Assembly: GCA_963720065.1 (NCBI GenBank)
Contig: CAVREH010000018.1
Span: 7,083-71,082 of the forward strand
Direction of reading: 5' to 3'
From: an uncultured Actinomycetes bacterium
GTDB lineage: Bacteria > Actinomycetota > Thermoleophilia > Gaiellales > Gaiellaceae
DNA length: 64,000 bases
The notes under the pieces: model-generated
Told to the model about the DNA's origin: nothing
The model's input: only the letters and a program-made list of their open reading frames with translations
The model's database searches: none
Position numbers and translations under genes: made by a program
Part shown: positions 31,403 to 40,078 of the stretch, one piece after another
Layout of the letters: each line of letters starts with the position of its first letter
How positions within the stretch are numbered: position 1 is the stretch's first letter

Positions 31403-32600
31403 GTGGCGCCCCCGCTCAGGCGAGTCTCGATCCAGGGCTATCGCGCGGCCCGCGAGCTCGAGCTCACCCCGGGCTCCGTGTGCGCGCTCGTCGGGGAGGC
31501 CTCCAGCGGCAAGTCGACCGTCCTGACCGCGATCTGGACGCTGCTCGAGGCCGCCGCGCCGCCGCCCACCATCGACGACGTCGCCCCTGACGGAGCCGGA
31601 GGCCGGATCCGCCTCGAAGCCGACGTCGCGAAGGGGACGATCTTCCTCGACGCCCGGCCGCCCGACACGCTCAACCTCAACCGGGCGGGCGCGCCGCCCG
31701 GTGCTCTTCCTGCCGGCGAACCTCCGCTCGCGGACGCTCGTCGCGCCCGCAACCGGGCGCGGCGCCGCCGAGGTGGCGGAGCTGTTCCAGCCGCCGACGG
31801 TCGACCGTCACTGGGCCGCGGCGGACGGCGGGCTCGCGCTCGTCGCCGGCATGGAGAGGCTGCTCGCCTCGCAACCTGCGCCAGTTCGTGCTGTTGATCG
31901 AGGAGCCGGAGCTCTATCTCAGCCCGCACGTCCAGCGGCGCCTCTACGGCCTCTTGCGGGCGCTCGCCCAGGCGGGGAACCAGATCCTCTACTCGACGCA
32001 CGCGCCGGTCTTCCTCAGCGTCGACAGGCTCGAGGAGCTCGCGCTCGTCCGGCACACGCCGACGGGCGGGACGTCGCTCTTCCAGCCCGAGCCGCTCGCG
32101 GAGGCCGAGATGTTCCGCGCGCTTGTCGGAGTTCGACAGCGGCCGCGCCGAGCTGTTTCTCGCGCGCTGTGCGGTGCTCGTCGAAGGGCGCACCGAGAAG
32201 CTCATGTTCCCGCTGGTCTTCGACGCGCTCGGCGTCGATCCCGACAAGGAAGGGATCCTCGTGCTCGAGTGCGGCGGCAAGGGCAACATGCCGCTGTTCG
32301 CTCGCATCTGCCAACGCGTGCAGCATCCCGTACGTCGTCGTCCACGACCGCGACGCGCCGCGCGGCAACCGTCCCGTCGAGTCCGAGCGCGTCGTCAACC
32401 GTCAGATCCGCGAGGTCGCGGGCAGCCGGCGGACGGTGGTGCTCACCCCGGACTTCGAGAGCGTCTCCGGACTGAGGGCGAGCACGCGCGGCCGCAACAA
32501 GCCGCAGAAGGCGTGGCAGCGCTACCGCGGCAACGGCGAGGTGCCCGAGCCGCTGCGGGTCGCGGTCGAGAAGATCCTCAAGGTCGCGCAGACCGGCTAG
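31403..32600 (+). pseudogene. OLD-family ATP-dependent endonuclease (ABC-type ATPase + Toprim), ~400 aa, ~4 frameshifts
   Basis: Walker A is CALVGEASSGKSTVLTAI. Walker B/D-loop is VLLIEEPELYLSPHVQRRL...ILYSTHAPVFL. Toprim is AVLVEGRTEKLMFPLVF...ILVLECGGKGNMPLF...PYVVVHDRDA. Pieces lie in ORFs 31403-31897, 31701-32600, 31888-32475 and 32123-32707. Confidence 0.7.
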
Positions 32601-33359
32601 TCGAACTTGCCGCCGCGGGAACGGGCCCGGGCGGCGGACACGTCGTGCGCGCGGCGCTCCAGCGCGTCGGGCAGCGGTTCCAGCGGAGGAATCTCGTCGC
32701 TCCCTAGCCGGTGTGCCAGCGCCTCCTCGAGCAGCCAGTCGGCGAGCCACGGATTGCGGGGCAGCAGCGGGCCGTGGAGGTAGGTGCCGACGACGCGCCC
32801 GGCGCGGCAGCCCTCGAAGCCGCTCTCGCCGTCGTTGCCGAAGCCCGCGAGGACGCGCCCGAGCGGCTCCGCGCCGGGATCGAGACGCGTGCGGCCGGCG
32901 TGGTTCTCGAACCCGGCGAGCGTCTGCTTCCGTCCGGGCTCGAGCTCGCACTCGATCAGCACGTCGCCGATCATGCGACGCTCGCCGGCGACGGTCTCGA
33001 GCGGGAGGAGGCCGATGCCGGGCATGTCCTCGCCGTGGAAGCCTCGATAGCCGCGGCCGAGCAGCTGATAGCCGCCGCAGACGGCGAGCACCGCCGCTCC
33101 GCGTTCGACCGCCTCGTGCAGCCCGTCTGCCTTCCCGACGAGATCCTCCGCCACGAGCAGCTGCTCGCGATCCTGGCCGCCGCCGACGTAGTAGAGGTCG
33201 ATGCTCGCCCGGCACGATCGCGTCACCCATCCCGAGCGCCGTCACCTCGAGCTCGTGGCCGCGCCAGGCCGCCCGCCGCGCGAGCACGGCGATGTTGCCG
33301 CGGTCGGCGTAGATGTTGAGGTAGTCCGGATAGAGGTGGCCGACGCGGATGGTCGTCAT
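32597..33359 (-). pseudogene. gatD: lipid II isoglutaminyl synthase glutamine amidotransferase subunit GatD, one frameshift ~33205
   Basis: MTTIRVGHLYPDYLNIYADRGNIAVL... then VGGGQDREQ...LAVCGGYQLLG...GFENHAGRT...GTYLHGPLLPRNP (CobQ-type GATase). Confidence 0.85.
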
Positions 33360-34736
33360 GCGGACCGCTCCCAGTACGGCTTCGCAAGCCCGCGGCGCGG
33401 CGAGCAGCCGCTGCAGTCCGAGCATCGCGGTATAGGTGGGGAGGAGCGACGAGCTCGCCGCCGGCGCGGAGTCAGCTCGAGCCCGCGGTCGAGCGCGCGG
33501 CCGAGGTCCGGCTCGACCTCGATGGAGTCCTCGTCGAGTCCGCCGTAGCGGAAGCGGAGCGCCAGCTCGGCGGCGCGGCCGCCGCTCGCCACGAATGTCT
33601 CAGGCCCGGCGAGGAGCGGCTCGAAGTCGACGTCCCAGATCCAGGACACGTCGCGCCCGTCGGCGATCTCGTCGTTGAGCGCCACGACGAGGACGCGCGG
33701 CGCTCCGCCGTCGACGAGCGTGCGGACCGCCTCGTTCGCGCCGGCCGGGTTCTTGATCAGGAGCAGGAGAAGCTGCTTGTCGCCGACTGCGATGCGCTCG
33801 AAGCGGCCGAACGCCGCCGAGAAGCGCTCGAGCCCCGCCGCGACGTCGTCAGCCCCATGCCGAGCGCGCGGGCCAGCGCCGCCGCCGCGACGGCGTTGTA
33901 GACGTTGTAGAGCCCCGGCAGGCCGAGCTCGATCGCGGCGTGAGCCGTCCGGCGTGTCGAGCTGGAAGGAGGCCCGCTCCAGCCCCTGTAGGTGGACGTC
34001 CCGTGCCGCTACCTCCAGCGGCGGCCGGGCGTGGTCGCCGCGAGGGCAGCGGTAGTCCCCGAGGTGGCCGACGTACGCGGCCGCGTAGTCGTACGGCGTC
34101 CCGCAGCGGACGCAGTACTTGGAGTCGGCCGCGTGCTGCAGCGACGGGCGGGCCACACTCGGGTCGTCGAGACCAAAGGCGACGCCCCCCGCATGCGCCT
34201 CGCCGACCGCGGCGAGCTGCGGGTCGTCGGCGTTGTAGACGAGCGTTGCCGCCTCCGGCAGCCCGGCCACGGCATCCCGCCAGCGCTCGGCGACGAGCTC
34301 GAGCTCGCCGTAGCGGTCGAGCTGGTCGCGGAAGAGGTTGCCGAGGCAGACCGCTCTCGGCCGCAGCCGCTGCACGAGCTCGGGTAGAGCAGCCTCGTCG
34401 ACCTCGAATAGGCCGAGGCTCGGCGTCTCCGGCGGTGAGCAGTGCGGAGGCGACGCCCGAGACGAGGTTCGCGCCCGCGGCGTTGTGCGCGAGCCGATGG
34501 CGCGGGCGCAGGATCTCGGCCGCCATCGCGGTGGTCGTGGTCTTGCCGTTCGTGGCGGAGACGACCGCGGTTCCCGTCGCGAGTCGCGCGGCCAGCCGGT
34601 CGATCGCGCCGCGGTCGAGCTCGGCGAGGAGCTTGCCCGGGATCGTCGTCCCGCCTCCGGCCCCGAGCCGGCGCGAGAGGGCCGCCACCCCACGCGCGGC
34701 TGCGATCTCCAGGGAGAGTGGGGGGCGGGGACGCAT
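33356..34736 (-). pseudogene. murT: lipid II isoglutaminyl synthase MurT (Mur ligase family), at least 3 frameshifts
   Basis: VVSATNGKTTTTAM, FEVDEAALP and the Cys-rich CVRCGTPYDYAAAYVGHLGDYRCPRG are present. The C-terminal DUF1727-like part is IKNPAGANE...DGRDVSWIWDVDFE. The stop overlaps the gatD start. Confidence 0.85.
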
Positions 34737-34776
34737 CGGGCGAGCGTCAGTCGAAGACAGGCCTGCACGGGACTAC

Positions 34777-34804
34777 TTGCGGATTCTCCAACCTGTTCTA
34801 CAAT
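34777..34804 (+). promoter_or_regulatory. sigma-70-type promoter giving a leaderless or near-leaderless mRNA
   Basis: TTGCGG, a 16-nt spacer, then TACAAT. The -10 element ends 7 nt before ATG 34812, and there is no Shine-Dalgarno. Confidence 0.55.
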
Positions 34805-34811
34805 TGTTGAC

Positions 34812-35498
34812 ATGGCCGAGAAGCCTCGGTACCGGGCGCTCGCCTCGATCGATCCGCAGGAGCTCGCGGAGTTCCAGGCCGGGATCCGCAAGCGCTACAC
34901 CGACGAGCAGATCGTGGCGGAGATCGTCGCCTGCGCCGAACGGCTCGGACGTTCGCCCACCATGCGCGAGTTCGCCGCGGACCCGGGGACGGCCGTCCAT
35001 CCGCAGACCGTGATCGAGCACTTCGGCTCGTGGAACGCGGCGAAACGCGCCGCCGGGCTCGTTCCGCGCAGGTTCGCCACGCGTGAGGAGCTGCTCGGCC
35101 TCCTGCGCACCCTCGGCGAAGAGCTCGGCCGTCCGCCCACCGCGCGCGACATCGACGAGCACAAGGGCCGGCTGCCGTCGAAGTCGCTCTACTGGCACAC
35201 ATTCGGTTCGCTCACGAATGCACTGCGCGAGGCCGGGTTCGACGTGCCGGTGGGGGAGGAGCGGCTCGAGCGCGCCGTCGACCAGGGGGTCGCGCTCGCG
35301 GAGACGCTCGGCCGCCTGCCGAAGTTCGCCGACTGGGCCGAGGCGCGGCGAGCGGACGACTCGCTCCTGACGGAGTGGCAGGTCTATCGGATGTTCGACG
35401 CGCGGCGCGGAGCCTGGTCGACGTTCCAGTTCCTCGTTCGCAAGCGGCTCTCGGAGCAGGGCCGGGACGTCGCGAGCGACGGCACGCTGCAGCGGTAA
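34812..35498 (+). CDS. protein made only of homing-endonuclease-associated (HNH_repeat-type) repeats
   Basis: Three ~55-aa repeats carry the pattern LGRxPTxxEF...FGSWNAAKRAAGL. The other two read LGRPPTARDI...FGSLTNALREAGF and LGRLPKFADW.... No nuclease domain is present. Confidence 0.65.
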   Translation: MAEKPRYRALASIDPQELAEFQAGIRKRYTDEQIVAEIVACAERLGRSPTMREFAADPGTAVHPQTVIEHFGSWNAAKRAAGLVPRRFATREELLGLLRTLGEELGRPPTARDIDEHKGRLPSKSLYWHTFGSLTNALREAGFDVPVGEERLERAVDQGVALAETLGRLPKFADWAEARRADDSLLTEWQVYRMFDARRGAWSTFQFLVRKRLSEQGRDVASDGTLQR

Positions 35499-36298
35499 CT
35501 AGGCGGCGGCCGCGATGAGGGCGAGGCGCGCCAGGCAGTACGCGCTCTGGCCCGGTGCCCGGACGGACGGCAGCGGCGTTCTCCTCGACGTAGCTGCGGT
35601 CGGGGTGGAAGCGGGCGGTGCGGGCGACCCGGCCGTCCCGGAGGGCGAGGAAGGTTCCGTCTCGCACCTCACTGAGCCGCAGCCGGACGCCGGTGTACTC
35701 GGACGACGATCTCGAGCGCGGTGCGGGTGGAGGCGAAGAAGACCTCTTCGCGGCCGCGGCCGAGCCAGAGCGGCCGGCCGACGCCGCGGGCGGCGAACAC
35801 GGTTCCCGGCTCGCGCTGGTCGAGCCAGGCAGTCGCCATCGAGCCTGCAAGCTCCTCGAGCGCAAGCGGGTCGTTCTGGGAGTGCGCTGCGAGGGCGAAG
35901 ATCGCCTCGGAGTCGACGCTCATCCGCGGCTCGGAACGCGCGCAGGAGTAGGGGGCCAGCAACTCGTCGTCGTTGACGATGATCCCGTTGTGGATCCCGA
36001 CGACCGGGCCGTGCCGGACCGGATGGTTGTTGGCCGGGATCGACGGATGGCCCTTCGTGTAGTCGCGAACGTGGATCAGGAGCTCGTCTGCGTGCTCCGG
36101 CACCGTGATGCGGTCGAGCAGGCGGCTTGCGGCGGTCCGCTGCTTCGTGACGACCGGATACTCGTCCTGCCCGCCCCGATAGGCGTAGCCGACAGCGTCG
36201 GCGCCGCGATCCGCGATACCGGCGAGCAGCGCCTGCGCAGCGAGCGTCCGATCGACTCTGCTCCGCAGTGAGAGGCTATATCCGGCGATGCCGCACAT
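35499..36298 (-). pseudogene. class II (Ntn) glutamine amidotransferase domain protein, 1-2 frameshifts near the 3' end
   Basis: The N-terminal nucleophile is in MCGIAGY. HVRDYTKGHPSIPANNHPV, GIHNGIIVNDDEL and DSEAIFAL are present. The C-terminus continues in another frame (EYTGVRLRLSEVRDGTFLAL...). Confidence 0.7.
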
Positions 36299-36408
36299 TT
36301 CGTCCTAGGGAAACCTTTCTCCGTATCGGTATTCGAACCCTTCCACCGTAGGCCAAGTCAGTTAGGGCTTTCTAAAGCCGGGCCCGGACGGAGCCGATAC
36401 AGGCCGCG

Positions 36409-37278
36409 ATGGAACATTCCTTTGCGGCTGAGGGCCCGGCCTCCGAGTCGGCACCTGCCGAGGACCCGCTCAAGCTCTACGTGCGCCAGATCGGCGGCGG
36501 CGCGCTGCTCACGCGCGAGGAAGAGCGAGAGCTCGCCCGCCGCAAGGATGACGGCGACGAGCTGGCGAAACGCAAGCTGATCGAATCGAACCTGCGGCTC
36601 GTGATGGCGATCACACGCAACTACACGAAGGCCAGCGTCCCGCTGCTCGACCTGATCCAGGAGGGGAATCTCGGCCTGATCCGCGCCGTCGAGAAGTTCG
36701 ACTACCGGCTCGGCTACAAGCTCTCCACCTACGCGACCTGGTGGATCCGCCAGGCGATCACGCGCGCCCTCGCGGACCAGGGACGGACGATCCGCCTGCC
36801 CGTGCACGTGGCCGACCAGGTTCGGCGGCTGCTCCGGGCTCGCCGCCAGCTGGCACAGAAGTTCAACCGCGAGCCGACGCTCGCCGAGCTCGCGCGCGAG
36901 ACGCAGCAGACCGAGGAGCGGGTGCGCGAGCTGCTCGAGCTCGTCGAGACCCCGGTCAGCCTCGAGACGCCGGTGGGCGACGGTGAGAGTCTCTACGGAG
37001 ATCTGATCGAGGACGTCAACGCGCTCGCCCCGCACGAGCAGTCCGCTCAGCAGGCGCGGGGGAGGGAACTGGCGGGGGCACTCGACCAGCTGAACCCCCG
37101 CATGCGGCGCGTGCTCTCGCTCCGCTTCGGTCTGGACGGCGAGTCGCCCCGGACGCTCGAAGAGGTGGGCACCCAGCTCGGCATCACCCGCGAGCGGGTC
37201 CGCCAACTCGAGACGCGCGCGCTACGCGAGCTTCGCACCGCCAATCCGGGCCTCGAGCACTACCTCCGCGCCGAATAG
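36409..37278 (+). CDS. RNA polymerase sigma factor, sigma-70 family group 1/2-like (289 aa)
   Basis: Regions 2-4 are present: [64 protein letters not shown] and [20 protein letters not shown]. Confidence 0.9.
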   Translation: MEHSFAAEGPASESAPAEDPLKLYVRQIGGGALLTREEERELARRKDDGDELAKRKLIESNLRLVMAITRNYTKASVPLLDLIQEGNLGLIRAVEKFDYRLGYKLSTYATWWIRQAITRALADQGRTIRLPVHVADQVRRLLRARRQLAQKFNREPTLAELARETQQTEERVRELLELVETPVSLETPVGDGESLYGDLIEDVNALAPHEQSAQQARGRELAGALDQLNPRMRRVLSLRFGLDGESPRTLEEVGTQLGITRERVRQLETRALRELRTANPGLEHYLRAE

Positions 37279-37730
37279 CTCCGGACGAAGAGCTGCGCTC
37301 TTCGCCCGGTCCTGAAGGAACTGCGCCAACGGGAGAGCGCGGTCTCCCGTTGGCTTCGTGCTGAGGGCACATTGGGTTGGCTCGCTTCCGACGCCTTCTT
37401 CCGTCGCGGGCGAGCAGGCTTTGCGTGCTCGCCCGCTGGTTCGCGGCGTCGTAACGTGCCGTTACGCCGCCGCCTTGGCGCTACAGAGGCTCGAGACGTT
37501 TCAACCCGTGCTGCGCAAGAGGCCGGAGGCTAAGACATCCGCAAAGCGGTGACTTAGCCGCAGGCCGGACTGCGCTCGTGCCGGCCTCTTGCCGCGCGCG
37601 AGCGCACGACACAGGCCTCCGACCCAACAGAGCCTCAAAGCGAAACTGCACGAAGCGGGCCGGAAACCGCGCTTTCCGGCCCGCGCAGTTCCGTTATGCC
37701 AGCGAGCGAGTGCGCAGTACTCGCGAGCTA
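37276..37730 (+). repeat. ~455-bp multi-hairpin intergenic element, copy 2 of 2
   Basis: Collinear with 10205-10662. It includes an identical 68-nt block (gcgggcgagcaggctttgcgtgctcgcccgctggttcgcggcgtcgtaacgtgccgttacgccgccgcc). It is bounded by the TAG of the + sigma gene and the CTA of the - sigma gene. Confidence 0.85.
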
Positions 37731-38809
37731 TGAGGCGATCATCTGCATCTCGCGGAGGTTCGCGAGACGGCGGAGGGAGTCGAGCTCGATCTGACGGACC
37801 CGCTCGCGGGTCAGGCCGAGCCGCTTGCCGATCTCCTCGAGCGTCTTCGGCTCCTCGTCGATGAGCCCGTAGCGGAGAATCAGCACCTGCCGCTCGCGCT
37901 CACCCAGCGCCTGGAGGGCGACGGCGAGGGCCTGGCTGCGAAGGGCGCCCTCGACGCACTCGTCCGGCAGCGGGTCGTCGCCGGCGACGAAGTCGCCGAA
38001 CACCGCGTCTTCCTGATCGCCGACCGGCTGGTCGAGGCTCGTGGAGGCCCGTGCGGCGGCGCGCACCTCGCGCGCCTGCTCGATCGGGAGCGAGGCCTCG
38101 CCGGCGATCTCGTCGAGGGTCGGCTCGCGGCCGAGCTCCATCCAGAGCGTGCGCTCGGCCCGATTCATCTTCTGCATCCGCTCCACGATGTGCACCGGCA
38201 TGCGGATCGTCCGCGCCTTGTCGGCGAGGGCGCGAGCGACCGCCTGGCGAATCCACCAGGTCGCGTACGTCGAGAACTTGTAGCCGCGCCGCCAGTCGAA
38301 CTTCTCCACGGCGCGGATCAGGCCCAGGGTGCCCTCCTGGATCAGGTCGAGGAAGGGGAGACCCTGGTTGCGGTAGTTCTTCGCGATCGAGACGACGAGG
38401 CGGAGGTTCGACTGGATCATCCGCTGCTTCGCGGCTCCGTCGCCGCGCTCGATCCGCTTGGCGAGCTCGACCTCCTGGGCGGCCGTGAGCAACTGGTGCC
38501 GGCCGGCCTCGCGCAGGAACAGCTGCAAGGCGTCGGTCGTCGTCTCGAGCGGCGGCGGCGGAGCCTTCTCCGGCGGCGGCTCCGGCTCCGCTTCGCGCTC
38601 CGGCTCGACGAGGAGCTCGATGCCGCGCCGGTCGAGCTCCTGATAGACGGCGTCCGTCTCCAGCGGGTCGAGCTCGAGCGGCTCCAGCACCTCGACCAGC
38701 TCGACCTGCCGTAGCTGGCCGCTCGACTCCGACGCCTCGAGGAGCGTCGTGAGCTCCTCGCTGGCGAGAATCGACTCGATCTCGACGGTAGTTACAGGTT
38801 CCCCCTCAT
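37728..38809 (-). pseudogene. RNA polymerase sigma factor (RpoD/SigA-like); probable 1-nt homopolymer indel at codon 3 hides the ATG
   Basis: Regions 1.2-4 are intact from GTG 38690: [53 protein letters not shown] and RTIRMPVH. A region 1.1-like segment ([19 protein letters not shown]...) is open upstream. ATG 38809 with an AGGAG site comes into frame if the run at 38801-38805 (C5 on the + strand, G5 in the mRNA) has 6 bases. Confidence 0.85.
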
Positions 38810-38984
38810 CGGCGCTCCTGGACGCTGTTCCCGCCTGGTCAACCTACCGAAACACGCCGGCACCCCTCGGGTCAAGTGCCGTGCACGATAAGCGATGTTA
38901 TGTCAAGTAGCAGGAGACGACACGCGGGAGCTCCCCCCGCCCCGCTCAAGCGGGCCGCGGCGACCGCCGATGAGACGCAGTGCC

Positions 38985-39542
38985 ATGACCGACGAGCGTT
39001 CGCAACTCGGTTTCTTCGTCGTCGCGCTCGGGGCGGCCGTGCTCGCCGTCTCGGTGTTCCTCCCCTGGTACGGGGTCAGCATCACGCCGTCCGGTGCCGC
39101 CTCGGCGCAACAGCAGCTCGCGAGCGTGGCCCAGCAGTACGGGAACGCCGGCTTCCAGACGGGAGCGAGCGAGCTCGGGGCAGAGTTCAGCTCGATCGCC
39201 GGGCGTCAGCTCGCCACCGTGAGCGCCCACGACGTTCTCAAGGACATCAGCCTGATTCTCCTCGTCCTCGCCGGCGTCTCGCTGCTCGCGTCGCTGTTGC
39301 GTCTCGCAGGCCTGGGCGGGCTCGAGGCCGGCGGCGGCCAGATCGCTCTGGCGGGCGGCGTGGCGGCGCTGTTCGTGCTCTACCGGATGCTGAGGCCCCC
39401 GGGCGCGCAAACGGATCTCGTGTCGCTCTCGCTCGGTTGGGGCATCTGGCTCGCGCTCCTGAGCGCGGCCGCGATCGTCGTAGGCGGGCTCCTCGCCACC
39501 TCCGACCAGAGTCGGAGGCACCCGGCCGGCAGCTACACCTGA
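38985..39542 (+). CDS. hypothetical membrane protein (4 TM segments); start uncertain (38895/38970/38985)
   Basis: QLGFFVVALGAAVLAVSVFLPWYG, ISLILLVLAGVSLLASLL, IALAGGVAALFVLY and WGIWLALLSAAAIVVGGLL are hydrophobic segments. I recognise no family. Confidence 0.6.
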   Translation: MTDERSQLGFFVVALGAAVLAVSVFLPWYGVSITPSGAASAQQQLASVAQQYGNAGFQTGASELGAEFSSIAGRQLATVSAHDVLKDISLILLVLAGVSLLASLLRLAGLGGLEAGGGQIALAGGVAALFVLYRMLRPPGAQTDLVSLSLGWGIWLALLSAAAIVVGGLLATSDQSRRHPAGSYT

Positions 39543-39553
39543 CCTCGGCCGAG

Positions 39554-39586
39554 TTATCCACAGGATGCACAGAGTGCTGTGGAAAT
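39554..39586. promoter_or_regulatory. inverted pair of DnaA-box-like 9-mers
   Basis: A perfect TTATCCACA lies at 39554-39562. TGTGGAAAT (reverse ATTTCCACA) lies at 39578-39586. They form the palindrome ccacag-N13-ctgtgg and are followed by an unusually AT-rich ~45 bp. Confidence 0.4.
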
Positions 39587-39675
39587 GTTGATTATTCAAC
39601 GTTCGCAAATTGCGGGATTTTCCGTTTTGGGACCCCTTGCGGCGTGTCCCGATAGGCCATACATTCCCTCTTGCG

Positions 39676-39802
39676 CCGAGCAGGGCGCGGGAGTAGGACG
39701 AAGCAGCACCGGGAGGTCGTACGAGGCGGCCCGCAAGGGCCGAAGCGGAAAGTCGACCGGGGTTGTGGACGAAACCGCGACCCGCTCGGCGAATTTTTTT
39801 TT
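39676..39802 (+). promoter_or_regulatory. riboswitch-like leader (candidate yybP-ykoY/Mn2+-type) with intrinsic terminator
   Basis: P1 candidate is ccgagcagggcgcg (39676-89) pairing with cgcgacccgctcgg (39776-89). GGGAGUAG lies at 39689-96, a GGCCC-GCAA-GGGCC GNRA hairpin follows, and UUGUGGAC lies at 39763-70. GACC precedes the P1 3' strand. A competing terminator stem gccgaagcgg/ccgctcggc is followed by T9. Confidence 0.45.
39739..39802 (+). terminator. Rho-independent terminator
   Basis: A long GC-rich hairpin (39739-39790) is followed by gaaTTTTTTTTT (T9 at 39794-39802). This is the only strong U-tract terminator in the window. Confidence 0.8.
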
Positions 39803-39856
39803 GGTCCGCCCCGCCCCTGCGGCGCGGGCGGTCCAGCCTCGTCTAGGATCGCCGCG

Positions 39857-40075
39857 ATGCACCCGCCGCGTCCGCCGAGCATCGACCAGGGCGTGATCGC
39901 CCTCATCTGGGCGATCGGGCTCGGCATCTACATCTACTTCGGGCTTCTCGCCGTCGGCGCGAGCGGCGCGACCGCGATCGTGATCTCGCTCGTGTCGTTC
40001 GCGGGGATCTGGCTGGTCGTGCGCCTGCGCGGCGAGGAGAAGCCGGTGCGCCGGCCCAGCCGCCGGCGCTCCTGA
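39857..40075 (+). CDS. small membrane protein (72 aa, 2 TM segments)
   Basis: ATG 39857. GVIALIWAIGLGIYIYFGLLAV and AIVISLVSFAGIWLVVRL are hydrophobic, and the tail is basic. It lies downstream of the riboswitch-like leader. Confidence 0.6.
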   Translation: MHPPRPPSIDQGVIALIWAIGLGIYIYFGLLAVGASGATAIVISLVSFAGIWLVVRLRGEEKPVRRPSRRRS

Positions 40076-40078
40076 GCC

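Noticed and set aside
39554-39630. Possible chromosomal replication origin
   Set aside because: Only two DnaA-box-like sites are present, and there is no dnaA, dnaN, rpmH or parAB nearby. The flanking genes are hypothetical membrane proteins. It is kept only as a low-interest regulatory curiosity.
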